64,000 nucleotides of DNA, taken from a bacterium (lineage in GTDB: Bacteria > UBA8248). Made by a program: the position numbers and the translations under genes. Location: NCBI GenBank assembly GCA_965204535.1, contig CBDBEV010000001.1, forward strand, positions 288,001 through 352,000, in the 5' to 3' direction. Below the pieces are notes generated by a model, which saw nothing but the letters and a program-made list of their open reading frames with translations, was not told the DNA's origin and did no database searches. This document shows, piece after piece, positions 10,127 to 20,944 of the stretch. The first letter of the stretch is position 1. The number at the start of each line of letters is the position of its first letter.

Positions 10127-10975
10127 TCACGCATTGAGCATGGCGTGAGCCGCCTCCCGCGTCCGCATGCCTTCTCGCACCCCACGCTTTTCGGCTACTT
10201 CATTCATACATGAAATGATGCCGTCCTCCCATGTGCTCATCACCTCGCCAATGCGCGCGCTCATGGCGCCGACCGCCGCCACGGCTATCCCCTCTCGCGA
10301 CAGATAGGGAAAAGACGCGATACCAGAATCATCTTTCCCCCGGCCCGCATCATTCGCAATTACACCCTTCAGATTAAGCTCCATAACATGAGGGACGAGA
10401 GTAAGTCCGCAATGTGATGCCTGGATAAAGACATCATCTGGCCTTGGTTCTTTGATGGAACGCAGGACGGGAATACCCCATGAAGCGCGTATATTGCCAT
10501 TAGGCAAATGCTCTAGTTCATAAATTCTATCATCAAGACTTTCCTCCACAGTCACTTTCCGGCCCATCTCGGCATCGAGCAAATGATTCGAAGCTTCAGC
10601 AATCGACTGACCGATTTCAACACCAAGACTTCGAGCTGCCTGATTCGCATGGCCGACTTTGCCTTCATACACGGATTCTCCCGCGGCGAGACTCGCGGAC
10701 ATGGTCTCACACGCCAACGCAGGCACATGATATTCCTGAGCCAAAGACAAGCCGCTGATCCCCGCATCATCCTTCCCGACTCCCGCTGCATGGGCAACTA
10801 TTGCTCTCGCACCCAGCCGCATTGCCCAGGAAATCGTCATTCGTGCGGCGTAAGAACCTCCAATGAGAACGTCCCTTTCCCCAACCCTTTCGTCAAAATA
10901 CGTCATCGAATCCGCTGAGAGGATACGTCCCCGCATGTCTTCATGGTGAATCGTGTGTTCGTCCGTAGCCATCAC
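10127..10975 (-). CDS. Hypothetical protein with an internally duplicated domain
   Basis: Both halves carry (H/N)(A/D)AG.GKDD.GI..L and SA....S..EG/DG...N..A...GV..G motifs. Confidence 0.8.
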   Translation of the reverse strand: MMATDEHTIHHEDMRGRILSADSMTYFDERVGERDVLIGGSYAARMTISWAMRLGARAIVAHAAGVGKDDAGISGLSLAQEYHVPALACETMSASLAAGESVYEGKVGHANQAARSLGVEIGQSIAEASNHLLDAEMGRKVTVEESLDDRIYELEHLPNGNIRASWGIPVLRSIKEPRPDDVFIQASHCGLTLVPHVMELNLKGVIANDAGRGKDDSGIASFPYLSREGIAVAAVGAMSARIGEVMSTWEDGIISCMNEVAEKRGVREGMRTREAAHAMLNA

Positions 10976-11602
10976 ATTTTCTTTCCCGATTCATGAAGGA
11001 AAACACATATCCTGCAAAAATTTCAGGACAAAAGAAACGCCCGGCCGATACTTCAACCGGGCGTTGAATCCTTTCTTAAAAGAAACACTATTCTACAGCA
11101 GGAGCATTCCCCCCTTCGCCGTCACTCAAAATATAGAAATCATCAGCTACACCTTTGTCAGACACACCATAGTCCACATCGCTTGGCAGCACATCTCCAG
11201 ATTCTGCAAAAAACTCGTGATCCAAAACGACATCACTATCTCTTAACTCGATCATTTCATCCTCATCCTACGGGCGGCTTTATGCAAATTTACCCGGGCT
11301 TTGCCACAGGCAACATCACAAAGCGGGCGAGTATACAGAAATCGTTAAAAAAAGCAACCTTTTCTATATCTAAGCCCTTATTTTTCAACCAATAAAATAT
11401 GTTATTCAAAGCAAATTCTTGCATTGTTGCCGGGTGTGCGCGTGAACTGTCAACTTTTCGAGGAGGGCGAAGAACGGAAGCCGGAAAGATGAGTTTCAGA
11501 TGACCATGTCTGGGATATTATTTGTATGCGAGCGCGTACACCGAGCCTACACGAAACGACCGAAGGCTCGCCCGATAAATGTTTTAGGCAACAGGCCTGT
11601 GT

Positions 11603-12268
11603 CTAGGCCATGTCTTGCGCTTGAAATTCGATGCGTCCTCCGGGCGGTTCCACCACAAGGTGAAGCGCCTCGGCCAATCTCCCGGAAAGATGCCACATAC
11701 CACAAATAAAAGTGAGTTCCACGATTTGCCGATTGGAAAAATATTTCTTCATCTCATTGAATGCGAAATCGTTATTCTTCGCCTTGAATTTCGATACTTC
11801 ATCCGCCCATCGGATGACGGCTTTTTCCTTGTCGTCGAACAAATGGCTGTCTTTCCAGTCATCGCCTTCCAACAGATTGATTTGATCCTGGGTAAGACCC
11901 AGAGCTCGACCGAGCTCCACGTTGTGCCCGATTCAGTTGTTGCACTCCGTCAAGATGGCCGTTTTAACGATGACAAGCTCCATGAGGCGGATATAATCGG
12001 ACTCCGTCTTCAATCGATTCGTGCGCAGCTTTTGGTCGAGCAACATCCATCCCTCCACGGTGGGGGGCGAATTTCCCAAAAGCTGCAAAAAGCGTGGGAC
12101 TGTGCCCCACATCCGTTTCGACCAATCATAGAGCGGAGCGAGTTCCTCCTTGAGTTCTTCAGGAATGTTTTCAGGATCCACAAAGGGTAGCCTTGGCAAA
12201 GGACACGCCATCATCTCTTCGGTCACGCCCAAACTATCCGGCAAACTAGTTCCTTCGTCCACAGACAT
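11603..12268 (-). CDS. AhpD/carboxymuconolactone decarboxylase-like selenoprotein (CxxU), 221 aa
   Basis: ORFs 11933-12391 and 11603-11920 are in one frame joined by TGA in E-C-N-N-U-I-G-H; ATG at 12268 has a GAGGAG RBS; C-terminal half (EKAVIRWADEV..F..MKKYFS.RQIVEL) is CMD-like. Confidence 0.85.
11902..11932 (-). promoter_or_regulatory. Bacterial SECIS element
   Basis: GAGCUC-GGUC-GAGCUC hairpin whose G-starting loop begins 21 nt after the UGA. Confidence 0.75.
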
Positions 12269-12299
12269 TGGGTTCTCCTCGAAAAGTGGGATAGGTAAT

Positions 12300-14549
12300 T
12301 TATGCGCTGTTCGTAACCAAAACCTCTCGAATATGATGCGGGCCAACAGGCAATGAAAAAACAGGTACTCCCACAGCGTCTTGTATGGCATTCACAATCG
12401 CCGCCGCAGTCGCCACAATGGGAGGTTCACCCACACCCCGCATCCCGTAAGGTGTGCCCTCGGCCGGGTTGTCATACAAAACGGCTTTCAGTTCAGGCAT
12501 ATCCATGCTGGTAGGTATGAGATATTCGTGGAAGGTATCTCCGTGCAGGTTTCCATCTGGACGTCTGGGCTGCTCCTCCATGAGGGCCAATCCAAGTCCC
12601 TGGATCATGGCGCCTTCAATCTGTCCAATGACAGACAATGGATTGATGGCGAATCCAACGTCCTGCACACATGTGAGTCGCAAAACCCTGATTTCCCCAA
12701 GTTCGGGATTTACGGCCACATCCGCTATCTGGCCGGTATGTATCGGACATGGAGGCGGCTTCGCGCTTTCACCTTGTCCAATCAAAAATCCCTGAATTTC
12801 AGGCGCCGCCTTGGCTACCTGCGCAAGTGACAAGGCACGATCGGGAGCCGAAGACACTTTGACTTGCCCATCTTCCAATATCAGATCGTCCGCAGCGGCT
12901 TCGAGCTTTATACTCGCCACATTCAAAATCTTACTTCGCAAATCACGCGCAGCACTCAAGGTAGCCATTCCCACCGCACGCGTCGCCTTGCTTCCCGATG
13001 CTGCCGATGATTCAGGTACAGAATCCGTATCTCCGTTCGTATAACGCACCTCATCTAAACTTACGCCCAATTCCTCTGCGGCGAGTTGGCATATGGAAGT
13101 GCTCATGCCAGTAAGATTCACCGTTCCTGCTACCACTTGTACTGTGCCGTCTTGGTTTAGGCGAACCGTGCAACTAGACGCCTCTCCAGGCCCCGGCCAA
13201 TATCCGCAAGCAATTCCGCGACCAAGTTTCCATCCAGCTCCCTCGATTTCTCCGTTAGCCTCAATCTTCTTGCCCCATTTTCCTTCCACGGCCGTTGAGT
13301 CGAGCACGCTACGCATGGATGGATTTTGCTCCTTTCCAGCCAGTGTCTCATCTCCTGGCCGAAGGGAGTTAATTCGCCTAATTTCGAGTGGGTCAATCCC
13401 CATCTCGCGCGCGATGATGTCCATCTGCACTTCTGTGGCAAAGTGGTACTGAGGTCCGCTAGGAGCACGCACGGGACCGCAAACAGGGCCATTGGTATAC
13501 ACCGTACATGCACGAATTCTGACATTGGGAATACGATATGAGCATGAACCCATAAGCATCTTGCTACTGCACTGGAACGGCGCGCCACGGCCATAGGCTC
13601 CATGATCCATCGTGACATCAAGTTCGCGAGCGACAAACGTACCGTCATTCTTAACCGCTGTGCGTATCGTGATGAAATGAGGGTGCCTCGGATTCACACC
13701 GATGTGATCTTCCTCGCGGGTCATCTCCATGCGAACAGCTTGATCAGTCTTCAAAGCCAAAAGTGCGGCGATATGCTCATAAGTGCTCTTCAGCTTTGCG
13801 CCAAAACCTCCCCCGATTTCAGTAGGAATAACACGAACATGTGTTGCCGGAAGTCCAAGTGCCTCGGCTACATCTGCGCGAATTGCCCAAGCATCCTGCG
13901 TAGTTGTCCAGATTGTGACCTTCCCGTCGGTACCAGCCTCAGCAGTGCATGCATGGGGTTCAATATAACCGGCATGTACGAAGGGCGTGGAAAAGGTATG
14001 TTCAAAAATACGATCCGCCTCTTTGAGCCCATCGTCGACATCTCCAATTTCTTTTTCAAAACGGGCGATGATGTTTTTGTCCGCATTCGGGCCCAGTCCT
14101 AAATCTCGCCAATCTTCATGAACAGCAAGACCTTTGCCGGCACGGCTATCCAAGCCGTTCACTACCGGCTCAAGAACTTCATATTCCACGCGAATCAATT
14201 CGAGGGCTTCTTGGGCGGTATCCATATCTTCGGCGGCCACGGCAGCCACCGGTTCACCGCCATATCGAACAAAACCATCCTGCGCAAACCAACTCTGATC
14301 CTTGATATTGGCGCCGAACCGGATTCGGGGAGCTTCGTCTCGCGTCACGACTGCACGGACGCCAGGTATTTTGCGCGCCTCGTTCGCATCCACGTTTAAC
14401 ACTTTCGCATACGGATGCGGGCTGCCTAAAACGAGACCGATGAGTGAGCGACTCGACGGGATGTCAGCTGCATACTTGGCGCTTCCAGCCACTTTGTCCG
14501 GGGCATCGATTCGGGTGAGGCCCATACCTGCTACTTTATAGTCTGTCAT
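12300..14549 (-). CDS. Xanthine dehydrogenase-family molybdopterin-binding large subunit
   Basis: DKV.G.AKY..D, YIEPH, IGGGFGAK, DVGFAINP..V.GQIEG..QGLG.ALME, GVGEPP. Confidence 0.93.
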   Translation of the reverse strand: MTDYKVAGMGLTRIDAPDKVAGSAKYAADIPSSRSLIGLVLGSPHPYAKVLNVDANEARKIPGVRAVVTRDEAPRIRFGANIKDQSWFAQDGFVRYGGEPVAAVAAEDMDTAQEALELIRVEYEVLEPVVNGLDSRAGKGLAVHEDWRDLGLGPNADKNIIARFEKEIGDVDDGLKEADRIFEHTFSTPFVHAGYIEPHACTAEAGTDGKVTIWTTTQDAWAIRADVAEALGLPATHVRVIPTEIGGGFGAKLKSTYEHIAALLALKTDQAVRMEMTREEDHIGVNPRHPHFITIRTAVKNDGTFVARELDVTMDHGAYGRGAPFQCSSKMLMGSCSYRIPNVRIRACTVYTNGPVCGPVRAPSGPQYHFATEVQMDIIAREMGIDPLEIRRINSLRPGDETLAGKEQNPSMRSVLDSTAVEGKWGKKIEANGEIEGAGWKLGRGIACGYWPGPGEASSCTVRLNQDGTVQVVAGTVNLTGMSTSICQLAAEELGVSLDEVRYTNGDTDSVPESSAASGSKATRAVGMATLSAARDLRSKILNVASIKLEAAADDLILEDGQVKVSSAPDRALSLAQVAKAAPEIQGFLIGQGESAKPPPCPIHTGQIADVAVNPELGEIRVLRLTCVQDVGFAINPLSVIGQIEGAMIQGLGLALMEEQPRRPDGNLHGDTFHEYLIPTSMDMPELKAVLYDNPAEGTPYGMRGVGEPPIVATAAAIVNAIQDAVGVPVFSLPVGPHHIREVLVTNSA

Positions 14550-14654
14550 TTACACCTCATAGAAAAATATAATTTAACCCATTGGAAATTTCTGTGACTC
14601 ATGAATCATTTAATACCAAGTCCACCTAACGCACAAATTTACTCACAAGTTTGT

Positions 14655-15056
14655 TTATTCAGGCACATCGGATGGTCTCGTGCCAAAGGTGGCTCGAATT
14701 TTAGTTTTGATATTCCCCCGCACATTAAAATCGCCTTCAATCCAGACCCACTTCGGCTCACATACTTCAACCAAGTCATCAAGTATAGTGCTGACCACCT
14801 GCTCGTGAAAAATTTCTCGCTCTCTGAAATTATTGATGTAGAGTTTCAAGGATTTCAACTCTACTATCTTTTCTCCAGGAACATATTTAATACGAATGGT
14901 GGCGAAGTCGGGAAAATTGCTGATCGGGCAAAGGCAGGTGAATTCGGGAATAGTAAAATCGACTACGTAATCTCGTTGCCTTGAAGGATTCGGAACGGCT
15001 TCAAGGTTCGCCTCTGCAATCATCCTCGCGCCATACTTCATCTCGCCTCGAGGCAT
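14655..15056 (-). CDS. queF: NADPH-dependent preQ0 reductase (unimodular QueF)
   Basis: PEFTCLCP...PDFA, VELKSLKLY..FR....FHE, F.VRG.I. Confidence 0.95.
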   Translation of the reverse strand: MPRGEMKYGARMIAEANLEAVPNPSRQRDYVVDFTIPEFTCLCPISNFPDFATIRIKYVPGEKIVELKSLKLYINNFREREIFHEQVVSTILDDLVEVCEPKWVWIEGDFNVRGNIKTKIRATFGTRPSDVPE

Positions 15057-15061
15057 TTTCG

Positions 15062-16186
15062 TTATTCTCCAGGAGTCAGATTCACCAGCAGGGCGCCATC
15101 TTTTCGGGCTACAAACGTATCGTGCGCTTCCTGGTATTCTTTAAGGGGGAACCGATGGGTGATGTATGGATCCACCTTCATTCTGCCTGCACGAATGAGC
15201 GCCAAAACCTCATCTCCGCAATTGGGGTTCGCTCGAACGCCAAAAATATCCATCTCTTCGAGCACAACGCGTTTCCATGCCATATCAGGAATGTTTTCCG
15301 GTATGCCGGTAATGGCGACACGCGCGCCTTTGCCACCACAATCCACACTCCATCTAAAGCTATCCGTGGTCCCAGCCGTCTCCAACACCACGTTTGCTTT
15401 TCTCCCGCTCGTCATCTCGTCTATTCGTTCCGGCACACCACCATCCCGGTAACTGACTACTTCAGCGCCTTGTTCCTCTAATATCTCAAGTCTCCGGCCA
15501 CCACCCACGACAATCACGCGCCCTGCGCCCATTGCTTTGGCTGACTCATAAGCAAAAACACCGATGGGACCAGAACCCAATATCACGACAGTATCACCAG
15601 GGTTGACGCCTGCGCGTTTCGCCGTCCATAACCCGCAACCGGCCGGATCTACGGCTGAGCCATGCTCAAAAGACATCCCCTCCGGCATCTTGTGCAGCGC
15701 GCGTATATTGTTTGTCACATACTCCGCATATGAGCCTTGCGTAATATGACCATATTGTCTGTGCCCCGTAACCGTATTTCCATAATTGTAGCAGAGGTTG
15801 TAGCGGCCGATCAGACACATGCGACAGGCGCCGCACCCTGCATGGCTCGTACCCGCCACGGCATCACCCATCTCAAGACCGAATCCCTCGGTCATCGGAC
15901 CCATCGCCACGATTCTGCCGGCCCATTCGTGACCCAGGATAGCCGGGAGTTGAGGAGGCCAGTTGGGAAGGTGACCGCCTTTGATGATTTCAATATCCGT
16001 TCCACAAATCGTTGTGCATTCTACTTTTACCAGTACCTCTCCGATATCCGGTTCGGGAACGGGAACAGATTGAATTTCAAGATTCTCGGGAGCAGTCATC
16101 ACAACCGCTTCCATCTTCTCTCCTATCTCTTCGCCATAACGCACATCGACCCTTGAGGACATAAAATCAAATTTTCCTTCATCCAT
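15062..16186 (-). CDS. Zn-dependent medium-chain alcohol dehydrogenase
   Basis: ICGTD, GHE.AG, CGACRMC...YNLC, GSGPIG. Confidence 0.92.
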   Translation of the reverse strand: MDEGKFDFMSSRVDVRYGEEIGEKMEAVVMTAPENLEIQSVPVPEPDIGEVLVKVECTTICGTDIEIIKGGHLPNWPPQLPAILGHEWAGRIVAMGPMTEGFGLEMGDAVAGTSHAGCGACRMCLIGRYNLCYNYGNTVTGHRQYGHITQGSYAEYVTNNIRALHKMPEGMSFEHGSAVDPAGCGLWTAKRAGVNPGDTVVILGSGPIGVFAYESAKAMGAGRVIVVGGGRRLEILEEQGAEVVSYRDGGVPERIDEMTSGRKANVVLETAGTTDSFRWSVDCGGKGARVAITGIPENIPDMAWKRVVLEEMDIFGVRANPNCGDEVLALIRAGRMKVDPYITHRFPLKEYQEAHDTFVARKDGALLVNLTPGE

Positions 16187-16288
16187 TTGTCCGCGAGATT
16201 CAATTGATGGAATGAATGCAACATTTCCTGGAAATCAATTACAAACTTTCCGCAAACTGAACAAACGATTAAACTTAATGGCCCCAAA

Positions 16289-19200
16289 CTAGATGCTCAT
16301 TTCTCCTTTCTGTGGAGAATGCACATCTACTTCTTCTCTCGTCAACCATCTGCCCGTCCAGATCCGCCACCAAAACCGCCCTACGTCGTTTCCTATCAAT
16401 GAAATGACAGGAACCAGAACGAGAGTTATCACCGTGGCGAAAAGCAGTCCGAAGCATAAACTAATCGCCATGGGAATCAAGAATTGCGCCTGGAAGCTTT
16501 TCTCGAACAACATCGGCCCCAGGCCTGCGGCTGTTGTGAGTGTAGTCAGAACAATGGCTCTCCATCTTGCGACACCGGCACGCTGCAGCGCGTCTTCTAT
16601 AGGCATCCCGTCTCTGATACTTCGGTTCGCGAAATCCAAAAGAACCAAAGAGTCATTCACCACAACGCCTGTAAGAGCCAATATCCCCATCATGCTCAAG
16701 ATGGAGATATCGAAACCCATAACAATATGCCCCCATATTGCGCCTACGATCCCGAACGGAATGGCGCTCATAACGACGAAGGGCTGGAAATAGCTTCTGA
16801 ACAATGTAGCCAAAATCGCAAAAATAACGGCTATTGCAAGCGCAAAAGCGCGAAACAGGCTGGCGAATGATTCACTCGTCTCTTTGGCCTGACCCTCGAA
16901 TCGAATTCCTACACCGTGATAGCGGTTCAGGAGTTTTGGAATGAAATTCGCATTCAAGTCATTCAGAACCTCGGTGGGATTGGCGCGGTCCGGGTCGATT
17001 TCGGCCGTTACGTTAATTGCTCTAGTTCTGGCTACTCGTCTTATTGCATCAAGGCCTTGAATCATCTCGACTTCCGCCACCTCATGGAAAGGGATTTCCG
17101 CCCCCGATGACGTCCTGACCCTCATTTTCCTGATGTCTTCCAGAGAACGCCTCTCCTCGGACGGATAGCGAAGTTTGACCTTCACGTCATCCCGGCCACG
17201 TTGCAGGCGCAGGACTTGCAGCCCGAAAAAGCGCGCGCGCAACTGACGCCCCAGATCATCCAGATTCACTCCCAGCACGCGGGCCTGTGGCTTCAATGAT
17301 GTTCGGAACTCAAGCTTGCCGGACCGGAAATCATCTTGAATATCATATAGGCCGGGGTATTTGGTCAGCTCTCGCTTGAATTCCTGAGCTACTCTTCTCA
17401 AAGCCCCGATGTCATCACCATAGAACTGCACATCGATGGGTTTGCCACCGGGCGGACCGGCTCCTCCTGTACTGAAAGTAAGGCTCGTTACATCGGGAAT
17501 TTCTCCTGTATTCTCACGCCAGCGGTTGATGATTTCCTCCGAGCTGATTCCTCTGGCTTCTGAGGGCAGCATCTCGAGGATCACCTGCGCCATATGGCTC
17601 CCTCCCGCGACGCGCCCGCCGCCTGGGTCAATATTCTCACCCAGTATTGTAAATACATGTTTGACGACCGGCTCACCCGTTTTTGAGCGAACAACCTCGT
17701 CAAGGGCAACGGCTGCCTGCTCAATCCTTTGCGCCGCGTTTTGCGTTTGCCGAATCGGGGTTCCCAGCGGGAACAGAATTTTGACATGCACCCAATCGGA
17801 ATCGATTTTTGGAAAAAATAAAAATTTCACATGTCCGCCAACCGCCAAACCCACCGTCACCATAAAAACGACCAAAGCCAGGGAGAGGACCAGATACCTG
17901 GCGTTGAGGCAAAATCTCAGAATCGGCGCGTAAAATCGATGGATGAGCCAGTTTATGCCTCCATCAATGGCGTTTCTCATACGAGATGAGAGTCCACCTG
18001 CCCTGGGTGGCCGCACCCAATGTCCCAGATGAGCCGGCAGAATAAACAACGATTCGATCAGAGAAGCGATTAACGCGGCGATGATGGCCGCCGGGAGCAC
18101 CGCCATGAATTTCCCGACCGTTCCCTCCACCATCAGCAAGGGAGCGAAAGCCACAATGGATGTCACGACCGTGGCGGCAACCGGCAGGACGACTTCATAA
18201 CAGCCGTCAATAGCGGCCTGAACGCGATTTTTGCCTCTTTCCATATGCGAATAGATATTTTCAGCCACTACGATGGCGTCGTCCACCAGTATCCCCAAAA
18301 CCATGATGAAGGCGAACATCGAGAGCATGTTGAGCGTGCCGCCGGAGAAGTTCAAAAAACCCAAAGCCGTCAACAGGGAGACGGGAATTCCCATCGCCAC
18401 CCAAAAAGAAAGGCGAATGTTCAAAAACAGCCACATGGAGATGAAAACCAAAAAGAGTCCGACGCGACCGTTTCTCAGCAGAAGATCGAGCCGGTCCCGT
18501 ATCATGCGCGAGGTATCCGCCCAATGGGCCAAATCCAGTCCTTCGGGCAGTTCTTTCCGCTTTTTCTTTACATATTCAACTACCGTTTTAGAAATCGAAA
18601 GCGCATCTTCCTCATCGGTTCGATACACCAGGATGAGCGCAGCCGGTTTGCCGTTGAATCGACCCGATTTATCGTTGTCTTCAAAAGCGTCGACCACACG
18701 AGCAATATCACCGAGTCTCAAAATCGCGCCGTCTTTTTGGGTAAGTATTTCAAGCCGCTCGAACTCGGGTCCCGTGTAACGCTTTCCCAACGTCCTGATT
18801 CTGATTCTCCGCTCCGCAGAACGGATGTCTCCGCCTGAAAGTTCCAGCACATTCTTGCGAATGATATTCGCCACCCGGTCAAACGTCAGACCATAGCGGC
18901 GCAACATCTCCTCAGAGACTTCGATTGAAATTTCCCAATCTCTCAAGCCGCTCAGAACCACCTTTGAAATGTCGGGCAAATCCAGCAATTCATCTTTGAT
19001 CTCCGTGGCTTTTCGTTTCAGGGCTTCTTCGGACACATTGCCGAACAAGGAAAGACGAATTACTTGATTTATCCGCTTTACTTCCGAAACGATGGGTCTT
19101 TCTATGTTCTCGGGAAATGTCCTGATACGGTCGATTTCGCTTCGGATATCTTCCATCAAATCCCGGGAGTTCTTGATCCAGGCATGTAGTTCCACGGCAA

Positions 19201-19474
19201 TATCACAACGACCCTCATAAGCAACCGAAGTAATCTTTTTTACCCCTTCGACGCCGGTCAGGGCCTCTTCGATCTTGATGCAAATACCCTCTTCCACCTC
19301 CGCAGGACTCGCGCCCTCCCACACCACGTTGACGCTCACCCGATCGAGGGCGAATTGAGGGAGCAACTCGCTGCGGATTTGAAAAACGGCGACAACACCG
19401 ATAATCAGCATTATCCCCATGAGAAGGTTGGCGAAAACGGTATGCCGTGCAGACCAATTCAGAATTTGCTTCAT
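16289..19474 (-). CDS. RND efflux permease (AcrB/AcrD/AcrF family)
   Basis: 1061 aa, two-fold RND topology, GILVDDAIVV.EN, GVVVNDSLVL. Confidence 0.95.
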   Translation of the reverse strand: MKQILNWSARHTVFANLLMGIMLIIGVVAVFQIRSELLPQFALDRVSVNVVWEGASPAEVEEGICIKIEEALTGVEGVKKITSVAYEGRCDIAVELHAWIKNSRDLMEDIRSEIDRIRTFPENIERPIVSEVKRINQVIRLSLFGNVSEEALKRKATEIKDELLDLPDISKVVLSGLRDWEISIEVSEEMLRRYGLTFDRVANIIRKNVLELSGGDIRSAERRIRIRTLGKRYTGPEFERLEILTQKDGAILRLGDIARVVDAFEDNDKSGRFNGKPAALILVYRTDEEDALSISKTVVEYVKKKRKELPEGLDLAHWADTSRMIRDRLDLLLRNGRVGLFLVFISMWLFLNIRLSFWVAMGIPVSLLTALGFLNFSGGTLNMLSMFAFIMVLGILVDDAIVVAENIYSHMERGKNRVQAAIDGCYEVVLPVAATVVTSIVAFAPLLMVEGTVGKFMAVLPAAIIAALIASLIESLFILPAHLGHWVRPPRAGGLSSRMRNAIDGGINWLIHRFYAPILRFCLNARYLVLSLALVVFMVTVGLAVGGHVKFLFFPKIDSDWVHVKILFPLGTPIRQTQNAAQRIEQAAVALDEVVRSKTGEPVVKHVFTILGENIDPGGGRVAGGSHMAQVILEMLPSEARGISSEEIINRWRENTGEIPDVTSLTFSTGGAGPPGGKPIDVQFYGDDIGALRRVAQEFKRELTKYPGLYDIQDDFRSGKLEFRTSLKPQARVLGVNLDDLGRQLRARFFGLQVLRLQRGRDDVKVKLRYPSEERRSLEDIRKMRVRTSSGAEIPFHEVAEVEMIQGLDAIRRVARTRAINVTAEIDPDRANPTEVLNDLNANFIPKLLNRYHGVGIRFEGQAKETSESFASLFRAFALAIAVIFAILATLFRSYFQPFVVMSAIPFGIVGAIWGHIVMGFDISILSMMGILALTGVVVNDSLVLLDFANRSIRDGMPIEDALQRAGVARWRAIVLTTLTTAAGLGPMLFEKSFQAQFLIPMAISLCFGLLFATVITLVLVPVISLIGNDVGRFWWRIWTGRWLTREEVDVHSPQKGEMSI

Positions 19475-20796
19475 TGAGCGGAAGCCCCTCCGGCAATCCC
19501 GTTTTGATCGTTGAGTCTCATGCCGGAAACGGGGTCGGGGATCGCGGAAATAATGATGCGGGCGTTTTCGTTCACTCCGTTTCTGATGACGACGCCATCC
19601 TGACCTTTTCGAATGACTTCCACCTTCTGGATTCTGAGTTTCCCCTCATTCAACAAATAAACATGATCCCGTTCTCGCAATGCGGCACGCGGAATAACGA
19701 ACACGTCAGGCATCGTGACGCCTTTTATATTCACTTCAACGAACATTCCCACGAAAAGGGGAGGACGCTCCCCGGGCATCCAATTCTTCATTGGCTCAGG
19801 AATTTCGACCACGAGCGTCAGCGCGCGCGTGGACTCATCCAGACCCGAGTCCACCAGCGAGACCCGCCCGCGCCATTCGACCTTCTCTCCAAACTGACCC
19901 CACGATACCCTCGCCGTGGGCAAAAACGGCTTCACCTCCTCCTGGCTGCGCGGAAACGCCGCCCCCTGATTGCGGCGAAACACCCAGCGCGCATCCTCGA
20001 CAGGCAGGGAAACCGGGACTTCCAGCACGGAAACATCATAAATTTTACCAACGGATCTACCCGCACTGGCGAAATCCCCCACGTCCAGACTCGTTTCCCG
20101 CACCCGTGCATCGAATGGAGACACGAGCTTCGTGCGCGATAACTGCAAAGCTGCCCTCTTGAGCTCCGAGCGGCTCGCATTGAGCGCCGCACGTTTCTGC
20201 CTCAACTGAACGGGCAGTAGGGCCAGAACGTTTTTTATGGACTGAACCGTCCTTTCTTGCCTGAGAAAATTTTGTTGTGATTGATCATATTGCCCGGAAG
20301 AAATAACGCCTTGTCTTCGCAATCTGTTATTGCGTTCCCTTTCCTGGGAAACCAATTCCAGATGGCGCTCGGCGATTTCCAGATCGGCCTGGTGGTTCTT
20401 CTCCTCCTGCCTCAATCGAGCGATGTCGGCTCTGAGTTGCGCGATTTCCGCCTTGCGCCGTTCGATGGCGAGTTCGTAATCCGCCGGGTCGATTTGAAAC
20501 AGCAAATCCCCTTTTTTGATGAAGCCGCCCGTTCTGAATCCGCTTGATCGCTCGACCACCTTCCCCGACACTTCGGGCACGATGGAAAGCTCCTTCTTGG
20601 GCCGCACGGTTCCGAATCCCTTCACCCAGAAGGTTTTGTCCTGTTTTTTCAAGAGCATCGTTCTGACGAATCTGCGCGGCTCCGGGGCAATTACAACCTC
20701 GGGTTTCGGCCGATTTTGAATCACCAGTCTTGTAATCACCGCCCCGGCCGCCAGAACCACGACGGCCAGAACGATAAAGACCTTTTGACGGGACAT
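19471..20796 (-). CDS. RND periplasmic adaptor subunit
   Basis: N-terminal TM, PEVSGKV..GDLLFQID lipoyl half, coiled coil, SPFDARV; overlaps the permease start. Confidence 0.92.
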   Translation of the reverse strand: MSRQKVFIVLAVVVLAAGAVITRLVIQNRPKPEVVIAPEPRRFVRTMLLKKQDKTFWVKGFGTVRPKKELSIVPEVSGKVVERSSGFRTGGFIKKGDLLFQIDPADYELAIERRKAEIAQLRADIARLRQEEKNHQADLEIAERHLELVSQERERNNRLRRQGVISSGQYDQSQQNFLRQERTVQSIKNVLALLPVQLRQKRAALNASRSELKRAALQLSRTKLVSPFDARVRETSLDVGDFASAGRSVGKIYDVSVLEVPVSLPVEDARWVFRRNQGAAFPRSQEEVKPFLPTARVSWGQFGEKVEWRGRVSLVDSGLDESTRALTLVVEIPEPMKNWMPGERPPLFVGMFVEVNIKGVTMPDVFVIPRAALRERDHVYLLNEGKLRIQKVEVIRKGQDGVVIRNGVNENARIIISAIPDPVSGMRLNDQNGIAGGASAQ

Positions 20797-20944
20797 TATA
20801 TTTTCAGCCTCTCCTCTCTAAGCGGCGATACGACGAGCCATGCGGTAAAACCCTTGAGCGGTCTGCCGGGGGACTTGCATTTCTCGGAAACTTCAAGAGA
20901 ATCCATGTATAGCACGCCTCCTTACCCCTATCAGCAGTGGCCCT

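Noticed and set aside
11543-11570. Group II intron domain V (GAGCC..GAAA..GGCTC)
   Set aside because: Upper stem does not pair and there is no domain VI or RT ORF
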